NCBI GenBank assembly: GCA_040954595.2
Contig: CM082577.2
Location: 9,449,846-9,513,845 of the forward strand
DNA from: Balanoglossus misakiensis
Lineage: Eukaryota; Animalia; Hemichordata
Direction: 5' to 3'
Length of the DNA stretch: 64,000 nucleotides
Position numbers and translations under genes: made by a program. The notes beneath the pieces were generated by a model that did no database searches, had not been told where the DNA came from, and was given only the letters and a program-made list of their open reading frames with translations. How positions within the stretch are numbered: the first letter of the stretch is position 1; the number at the start of each line of letters is the position of its first letter. Of this stretch, positions 55,601 to 64,000 are shown in pieces.

Positions 55601-58600
55601 GACCGTGGTATGGCGTCAGTGTCTGTTATTTTTATCATGATAGAAGCAGCCACTTAAGGACATATTTCTGGACATATAAACTGAATATGACCCATACGAA
55701 TATGCCCTTCTTTGGACTATAACGCCCCCATTATATTTTGCATTTGAGAACCACCATCGTTGACTGCATGTTATGCTGGGAAGTTTCAACAGATTTTGCC
55801 ACAGTAATGTTGGGCTTACATTGCTAAGTTCAATGTCACATTAAACATGGACCTTCAACGCTATTGCCAGCTAGCAATTTTCGTGAAATTAGGTGCAAGT
55901 ACCACCTTGTTAAGAGGACGGGTACGGTTGGTCTGACTTCGGAATCACGGTTTATGTTTACAACGTAGCATTCAGATTTTACCTTGTGCTCTTGTATAGT
56001 TCTGAGAAACAGTTCCGGGTCGAACTTGGGCAAAGTGACAAGTTTGGCACCCTGCTTAAGCCCCAGGGCTAGAATCACCACCATTCCGTAGATGTGGAAG
56101 AACGGAAGAACGCCGAGAAGCACGTCGACACCTTCATCATACTTCAGAAAGCCCGGCACTCTGTAAGTAAAATATTCAAAGTGTTCACATTCATATACGC
56201 ACCACAACAACACTGCACATGCAGACAACACAAATGTTACTTTTGACTTGTTTGAAACTTTTAAAATCACTCCTCTGGCACAGAATGACATTTACTTCAC
56301 GACAAATTTAAGCGGACAAGATCAGTGGTAACGCTCAAGTTTGAATTTTGAAGCGAAAGTTGCTCCACTTGTCTCCATCTGTACCAATACATGTTGTTCA
56401 GTCGAATGCACTGCTCAATAGTTTACGCCAAGTTCTCAACTAAAAAAAACCGCCATCATTTACCGGTTATCTTGGTAAAGTTTGTTTGATATTATGATAT
56501 GGAATCATCTAAAGCATGATTCGCTGGTCGCTAAAGCTACTAGTATCCTAACACTGGATACGGGATAAAAACACTCCTGTCGACAATGAAGTCATGTATG
56601 CTCTATTATAGCCTAGTATCTGTGCGTATTTTGTCCGCTTTGCTTCCAAAATACGCATAGATACTAGGCTAGCTCTATTATAGAGATACATCTAAACTCA
56701 CTTCAGCTGTTCAATGTTAGCTACGATGTTGTAATGGGTGAGTACAACTCCCTTGGGCAGACCAGTAGTTCCGCTCGAATACGGCAAAGCGACGATATCT
56801 TCCCTGGGATTCACTTTGACATCTGTGGGAAATGCCGCCCCATCGTCTTCCATCAGCGTGGAGAAGGGAGTGCAGCCCTCCACGTCTTGGTTGCCAATGA
56901 TATAGATGCCCTGCGTGGAGTTATAACATGGGGTTTCCGCATATTTACACATCACAGGCCCTTGTTTGTATCTATCACAGAACTTCCTGAAATGATCTAC
57001 TTTCAGACATCCCCAGTCCTAGTGATTGAAATGCTAACGAGCTGTGCCTTGCTCGAAAAGCATTGTTCCTACTTTCGAAAAGGACATTGATGAAATTACA
57101 CTTTCTGTTGTTTCTTTAAATTCAAAGACTACTTGGTAGATCAGGTCAAACTAAAAATTCAGAAAACGGGACTATTTTAACCCGATAACAGTTCATTTAC
57201 CGTATTCATTCGAGTAAAGTCCCCCAAGTACGAAATAAAAAGGAAAGGAAATGTGGGGACGGGGCTTATACATGGGCATGGGCCCATACTGGGATGAATA
57301 CGACAGTTTGCGTGGAAAGATCCATACACACGATATGGTTGACATAAACAAACTTACCCTCATTCCAGGGACATTCCTAACAGCTTCTTTCACTTTGTCA
57401 ACAAATTCGGGAATTGTTACGATCCACCGAGCCTTGGAATCGTTTAGCTGGTACGTCAGTTCATCTTTGTTTGTTTTTTCATATAAGAGAAATCATAAGA
57501 AAGATGAAAATCTCAAAAATGTATAAAAACAAAAGCGGAGTCACAATCGCATCGAGTTCACCTTGTCCAAGTAAAGTTCCATCTTAACACGATTTTCAAG
57601 GTGAATCTTGTAGCACGAAGAAGTCAGACAGAGACACGCTTTCTCAGTGTTCTTGTCAACTTTTTTTGCCTACGAAGAACCATTATTCAAATAAACAAAA
57701 CAATTTCAAACGTTGGCAGCTCTATCCCCTTTTGATATGAGAAGAGCAGTGGCGCAGGAAACCCATCACCGTGGCATACTGGAGGCACAACGCTGCCCCT
57801 GACAAGGATAATTGACTAAACATAACCTACCCGCTGTATACAAAGGATTGACGCTGGTTATCACTCCTCCTATCGACGCCACCGAATAGAAGGACATGAA
57901 GTACTCTGGGGAGTTCGGCTTGTACAACGCGCACACGTCTCCATGTTGAAAACCGGCTTTAACCAGACCGCTCCCGCAACGTTGGACCAAATCCTTGAGC
58001 TGTCGGTACGTGTAGCTCTGGTTGGACACCCCTTCCACCTGTATACAGTTATACAAATGTATATGTTGAGAAGACGCACACTGACAATTAAGGTGTTTTT
58101 CCTGATTTTCTGACGGCTTTCCAGTCCGCTTATCGTTTCCGATCAAATGAATGAATGAATGAATGAATGAATGAATGAATGAATGAATGAATGAATGAAT
58201 GAATGAATGAATGAATGAATGAACGAACGAAAGAACGAACGAACGAAGAACGAGTGAGTGAGTGAGTGAGTGAGTGAGTGAGTGGGTGAATGAATGAATG
58301 AATGAATGAATGAATGAATGAATGAATGAATGAATGAATGAATGAATGAATGAATGAACGAACGAACAAACGAACGAACGAATGAATGAATGAATGAATG
58401 AACGAACACTAAGGGTTCAGAGATGTACTTTAATTTATACATATATTCGGCAGAGGGTTGCGGGCAGCCGAATCCAAACAAGAGACATGTAAAATCCCAC
58501 CTACAAATCAAAATCATTTTGTTCCTTACCAATGCCACTTGATCTCCATACTTATCAAACTCGGACATCACATACTGTGGCAATGACACAGTAGAGGGTA

Positions 58601-59318
58601 TGTCAATGTCTGCAAATTTGCTTTTCACTATTCCTGAAAAGTTAAAAACAAATGCGTGTCGATGTTTTAGAATTTAATGCCTGCAGATTACAACCTAAAG
58701 GGACAGATAAGTGTTTGATACAAGACACCGTTTATGTTATTCCACATGTGGATATATGGTGAATCAACGTCCGACCACACACAACTATGTCCCACTTTAG
58801 ACACTCGCCAAAATGAGTAATTGGTCTCTACCATTTATGTATTTTGGCGAGATTTCTCTCTCATATCCTACAAACGTGATGGATTATTAAGCTTAAGTTC
58901 TGGGCATTCCGTGATTTTTAGGGATTGGAACATAACAATCATAGTCGGTACACAATGGAAAATGTGTACTTAGAGCTGATAGACCAGTAAGTGGCAAGCA
59001 AATCAATATATCTGTGATCCTTTCGTTTCAAGCCCTCCTAGCGTGCCATCTACGTCTTCAAAGTTTCATCAGCACCAAGCCCACATTTTCTGTTCCAAAC
59101 CAATACATGTACATGTACCTTGAATTCTCAACAATTAAAACACAATAATAAACCAGCTCACCATATCTGTATGCTGAGATGCTGATATACCTGGGAATGA
59201 CTCGACTGATGCATGACTTCACGAAGGATACCTTGCCGAGAGGTACACTAGTTTTGAATGTTGACACACCCCGGCCAATCACGCAAGACCTTCCGTAGAT
59301 TGTTCTCAGTGTTGCCAT
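52686..59318 (-). CDS. 4CL-like: 4-coumarate-CoA ligase / firefly-luciferase-like acyl-CoA synthetase (ANL superfamily), ~589 aa, 12 exons
   Basis: Exons 59162-59318, 58530-58633, 57831-58038, 57358-57464, 56702-56910 ([18 protein letters not shown]-binding), 55983-56160 (LPFFHIYG), 55345-55522 (SGAAPL), 54753-54856 (GYGLTE), 54016-54160 ([14 protein letters not shown]; GWFHTG), 53437-53519 (DRLKELIKY), 52919-53081 (VAPAELE), 52686-52819 ([12 protein letters not shown]). Confidence 0.93.
53312..53390. repeat. Short inverted repeat / mini-MITE
   Basis: acagaacttcgtgacctctgtgcgcgat ... atcacgcgcagaggtcatgacgttctgt. Confidence 0.75.
55098..55318 (-). mobile_element. MITE, inverted copy of 42581-42833
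   Basis: Perfect 21-bp inverted arms gaagcggtcgtcgcgccgcgt / acgcggcgcgacgaccgcttc, followed by ccttttaa. Confidence 0.85.
56609..56671. mobile_element. 63-bp hairpin MITE with a 9-bp target-site duplication
   Basis: tagcctagtatctgtgcgtatttt...aaaatacgcatagatactaggcta, flanked by gctctatta at 56600-56608 and 56672-56680. Confidence 0.8.
58147..58404. repeat. (GAAT)n(GAAC)n(GAGT)n compound microsatellite
   Basis: Visible directly. Confidence 0.97.
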
Positions 59319-62300
59319 GGTGATGCTACCGGAGACAAAAAAAAATCATTAAAGATTGAAGATTTTTTGTGTGTCACGGAAAGCTTTTTGATATTTACAG
59401 GGATAAAAAAAGTTTAAAGATTAAGCTCTCTCTTCAGTAAGCCAAGTTTGAATATACTGAGGCTGACAGGTCATAGTCATTTGGCGACGGTGTTAACGTT
59501 TTAGACCATAGGTGGCGCTGCTGTTGCCTGAATTCGGTGGTTGGGCGTCAATATTTTGCCACCGCTAGGCATTTCATACCGTGACCTATCGCCGGACTGT
59601 AGAAATTCGCACACAATCCAAAAGGCGAATTTTAGGCGTGTTATACCTCCATTGTATAGTTTCGGGATGAAAGAACGCACCTGACCTGAACTGAACTGAA
59701 TATTGAAATAAGTTGCCTTGAACTGAATAGCTGCTGCCCTGGTAACGTATAAAGGAATAATGTTCCTTTCGGCCTTGGCCTGGGTTTCTTTTGATTGCAT
59801 GACAGTGCAATCGGACAGATACAAAAACAAAATGGTCGGTCCACTCACACAGTCCAGTACCCATAGCCGTATATGAACTTGAACATGCAGAGGCAGTCAA
59901 ATTTGTAACTGGTAAAAGAACGGAGGGCAGCGGTCCATATTTCAGTCACGCAACTTACTCGACCCCACGTGTAACCCTAACCATGGAGCCCTAACCTATA
60001 TATCAGGAGTGGGCTATTACGTATATGTTTGTTTGGAAGTAGGTCTATGTACACCGACAGTCTGTTTAGAAAAGTAATTGTGGTACTGGGAAAAGTGGAT
60101 AGTCTGTTCGGTGTTCAAACATAGCGGTCGACTATAGCCATTAACCGTACATGTGTGGTCGAACGTGCCCAGGCAGTGTCCCAATTGTCTTAGTGGCAGA
60201 GCTGGTACTATATGACCGGTACGGTCTTGCATTTGAACGTGGGGTCTTGAAACGCGATAAATTATATTCCTACGATTACTGCGAGAGTGTCCGGCTTGGC
60301 TACCCGGATGTTCTCGCTTTTCTAATTGGGCTGGTGTGACCGACTGCGCTTCAACCGCAACACCCAGCCAACAACCCAAGTCCTGCAACGCAGAGTTAAT
60401 ATTAATCCAGCTGATTGTTTCTGGCCGACTAGATTATAGACTTGTCGTCCGGCGCCGCCCTCGTGCACTCAGGTGCGTGGGTCGTCTTTCGGGGGAGGGA
60501 GAGGGTGGAGATATTAAAAGTTCACCAGTAGAACCACAACTGACAAACGGCCTTCGGCCTCATGATATTGGTATTCTGCTTGCGAAAGACAATCGAAGCT
60601 ATTTCCCGGACCGGGATCAGCAGGGGGCAGTGAATGCATTCGGAGCGTTCTGAGGTCACGAGGCTACATGACATGCATCGTTAAAACAGGGGTTAATTTA
60701 CCTGATCGTCTGATGTTTCTCCGCCACCCGGCCTAGTTTCGGGGTTGACAGTTAAAATGTAACTCCCACGCCAGCATGGCCGCCTTTTATACCGTAGACG
60801 TTACTCGACTTCAGTAGATGTGACCGTGACCGTAACCGATATTGTTTAAAAAATGTTTAACGCTTTTTAGCGCATGACACACCATGGACGTACATACTGA
60901 TACAGCCGACCTACTTGCTGTGTGGAAGATAGTACATGTAATCAACTGAGCTTGCGCAGTTTTGTATGGCTGAGGTGGGTCACACACAAACCATAGACCC
61001 CGGAGGTTGGTCTGTGCAGAAACCCGCGAAACTGTTATTGACAGATTGTGTCGGAAGATCAAAACACGTTACTCGACTCAATATATCAAACTGCAGGAAA
61101 AGCAGGAAAAACTGCCCGGGTGGCCGCCGGGCGCGATGCTGAACTTCAAATGGGGATAGGGGAATCTGTTGCAAATGATTGTTTCCGACTTCACCCAAGC
61201 ATTTACGTCCATGACCAAACTAACAAACGCGACGAGGAACAGACTACTAGCGCAGCGCAGTAAGTGCAGGTGACTGATGTTGACGTACCCCGGTGACGTG
61301 TACATGCGAAGTGAACAGACAGTTTTAAAATCGTCGGCTATTTGTACAAATATCTCAGCTCCTGTACATCAAGGAAACATTTCGGAGCGAAACAGTTATA
61401 TATAACACAAAGTACCAACGCTTCTCTCCCACAGGCCGACTCCTCGTACTGGCCGAGGCCGACTTCTCAGGACACCCCCATGGAGCATGCACGACCCGAC
61501 AGGGCGCACGCTGCAAGACCGGTCGCCCCCACACGCGCGCACTCATACACAACTGAATTAAAGATCAAACTGTACTTACCATCCATCCAGCTATCCAACC
61601 ACACACCCTCTGACGTGGTACCCCGTAAAATTCAGTATCGTTCTGAGGTGTTTTTGTCTATGTTATGCCATATCGTGCTTTCATTGTCACAGGTTATAAT
61701 TGCGTAAGCGTGTTATGTAACTCCAGGTTTAAATAAGACAGTGATAGCTACATGTACATTGTAGTAGAAAACATTTACATGTACATAAATATGCCTCCTC
61801 GATTTACACAACAAAACAACAATATGCAAATTTTGGAGCAAAGCTGTGAATTGGATCTTAATTTTCTCCCAGTCGGATTGCCGCGTTGTACCACACTCTG
61901 TGGTTTTGCTACCAATACAGACGTTGTTGATTCTTGTTGGGGGCGTCCTGATGTCGATGCATGCCCATCGGCCTTCGTCCCCCGCCCTTTGAACTGTTCA
62001 CAAATTCTCGCATTTGTGTGTGTTGACTTTTGGGGTGTCACACGACTCCATCTACGTTGGAACCACTTGAACAGACCCCCAAATTTAGTATGACACGGCC
62101 ATGCTTCATTTTCAGATAGCTGTTTAGATATTTTCACCACAGGAAAACTACACACCAAATTTCTCACTATATATATTTTTAAAACAAGAAAATTACAATG
62201 TTATGTGTACTAGTATGTGGCGGCCATATTGGGCAAAACGTTAATAACATTACAACTTTCCGGTCATCAGAATTTAATAGACTTTCAATCTCTTATTAAG

Positions 62301-62626
62301 GCGATTTAATACTACAGATAACCTTTGAGAAACCTTTCGTTGCAAGGGTAAGGTCTTTTTATTTCATTAGTGCAGCCGTCTAGTTAAAATACTTTTGAAG
62401 TTGTATTTCTTCATTCCGTTTGATGAAGATTTTCTATTTAATATTTGATTATTTCATTTCTGACGATTGATTAGTCTTCGTCTTCATGATCTGGTCTTCT
62501 TCTCAGTCTGTCTGTCTTGTCGCTGTAATTATTCCGATCTCTTGCGCTCACAGTGAACACATACCAACCTTTCACTTCTGGTATTTATACTTTCAGGTAA
62601 ACAGGTCAACAGAAGTGGGGGCCGAA

Positions 62627-63986
62627 TCATGGTCTCACGAAAAAGTCAGATCCGACACCGGTTTGTTCCTGGAAGACATCAAACAGAAAAGAAGCGATAG
62701 TGTCCTGGAGGGAGAGATGAGAGTATATGCTGTGCGCTGCAGTGGGCCGCATTTGCAGGGATATTGGTAATTAACAATTTTGACACCAGACACGAGCAGC
62801 TTGGAATACTACAACCGATATAGATACACGTTTAATTCACACTCATCCAGCATTTCAGTTTTCCCGCCCTTTACTCTGACGTAGTAAATATTTAAATTAC
62901 CGATACCTCGCCTTTCCCTGGGAAGTTGTCAGCACACGCAAGTCGTATCTTCTCCGGAGTCGCGGGACTGTCTAATCTGAAGTGACCGTCTACTCCAGCA
63001 TCGACTCTGGCGGAGGATATGGCGTCCTTTATGGCCAGGAAAACCGCAAAGGCAAGGAGGAGAGCGGCTTCTCCGACACCCTGGGGTTCATCAAGGACGG
63101 AGGGAGAAAGTGTGATTGAAATTATAATCGACAGAAAATCAACATGCATTGCTAACACATAAATGTGGTGTGCAAATATGATAAATGACTGCATCCAATT
63201 CTCTCGATCTGGAAATTCATGCGATATTCATCTTAGACATCAATCATTACAAAAAGGACATGATGGCTTCTTTGTATCTCAAAACGCAAAACACAGATTA
63301 TTATTAAACCTTCATGTATGTGAATGAGCATTTTGCCAGCTATCATTTTGGATTCTGATACGTTACGAGACAACCTTCAAGTACATGTATACCATTTTCT
63401 GACACGCGAGATACGATGTCACAATGATTAAACAATAACTATAAAGTACTGGCATCATATTGACACCTAACAATGCAACCCACTCTGATTTGGAAATCCT
63501 TATCTAGTCAGTGACTACAACTGCACACACGTCTTGCACAGACACATGTCCAGGGCAGCCATCCACAAATCGGAAGATCCTTTTAGAACATGGTTTATCA
63601 TCATATGTTTGTCTCCAACCATACAGCGTACAATCACCACAGAATACTAACGGTTTTCCTTGTAAAACCTCGTAAAGTTCAGCCGCGAATCGAAATGAAA
63701 TGTAACCTCCAGGACCGGAAATAACTGCCGATTTTCGGGGTCACATGTTATCGCCGGCATTACTTTTATAGACCCTTATTCAAACTGTTACACTCACCTT
63801 CGATGAATACACACCAACTTTGCACGGCGCACCTTTCAGCAGCGTCACATTCAACTGGCTCGGGATATCACCAATCTGAGGTACCCTGTACATCCCAGGA
63901 CCCTTTGTCAACAGTTTGCCCTGATTGGAATATCTCAGTTCCTCCAATGCGTACAATCCATACCCCTGTATGAATGCTCCTTCGAT
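62627..63986 (-). CDS. XDH/AOX-like: Xanthine dehydrogenase / aldehyde oxidase family, 3'-terminal exons only (gene continues beyond the window)
   Basis: Exons 63798-63986 ([17 protein letters not shown]...[11 protein letters not shown]...VYSSK), 62907-63080 ([10 protein letters not shown]...AIKDAI...[16 protein letters not shown]) and a probable last exon 62627-62668 ([13 protein letters not shown]). These match the molybdopterin-binding C-terminus. Confidence 0.9.
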
Positions 63987-64000
63987 CTGAAACAAAAAAA

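Noticed and set aside
52686-59318. Calling the ANL enzyme a true luciferase
   Set aside because: Its motifs are shared by non-luminescent acyl-CoA ligases, so activity cannot be inferred from sequence.
59970-60000. CCCTAA telomere-like hexamers
   Set aside because: Only two separated copies, so not an array.
60170-60250. tRNA-like A-box (tagtggcagagc)
   Set aside because: No cloverleaf or B-box/T-loop could be built.

Overview
Intron-rich animal genomic DNA. The gene families, GT-AG introns, tetranucleotide microsatellites and TTAA-bounded elements suggest an invertebrate deuterostome, possibly a hemichordate; this is inference only. I assembled eight spliced genes by hand from splice sites and reading phase, and all seven complete models give a CDS length divisible by 3. 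They are: (1) a secreted pentraxin-pentraxin-C-type lectin (-, 1643-6187); (2) head-to-head with it, a secreted Cys/Pro-rich + HYR + 14 sushi/CCP protein (+, 8262-26553); (3) a 95-aa secreted single CBM14 chitin-binding protein whose reading frame is absent from the ORF track (-, 28680-29318); (4) a secreted protein with an angiopoietin-like N-terminus and coiled coil followed by EGF/CUB modules instead of a fibrinogen domain, carrying a dead EGF exon and a decayed TSP1-like end (-, 31516-36388); (5) a CYP3-clan P450 (-, 37532-44250); (6) a GH18 chitinase with CBM14 (-, 45523-50087); (7) a 4-coumarate-CoA ligase/luciferase-like enzyme with a mitochondrial-type leader (-, 52686-59318); (8) the 3' end of a xanthine dehydrogenase/aldehyde oxidase (-, 62627 to the window edge). 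Introns hold TTAA-bounded MITEs, palindromic MITEs, Helentron-like elements, an L2 LINE remnant and microsatellites. No RNA genes or CRISPR arrays were seen. Product names come from motif recognition, not database searches.
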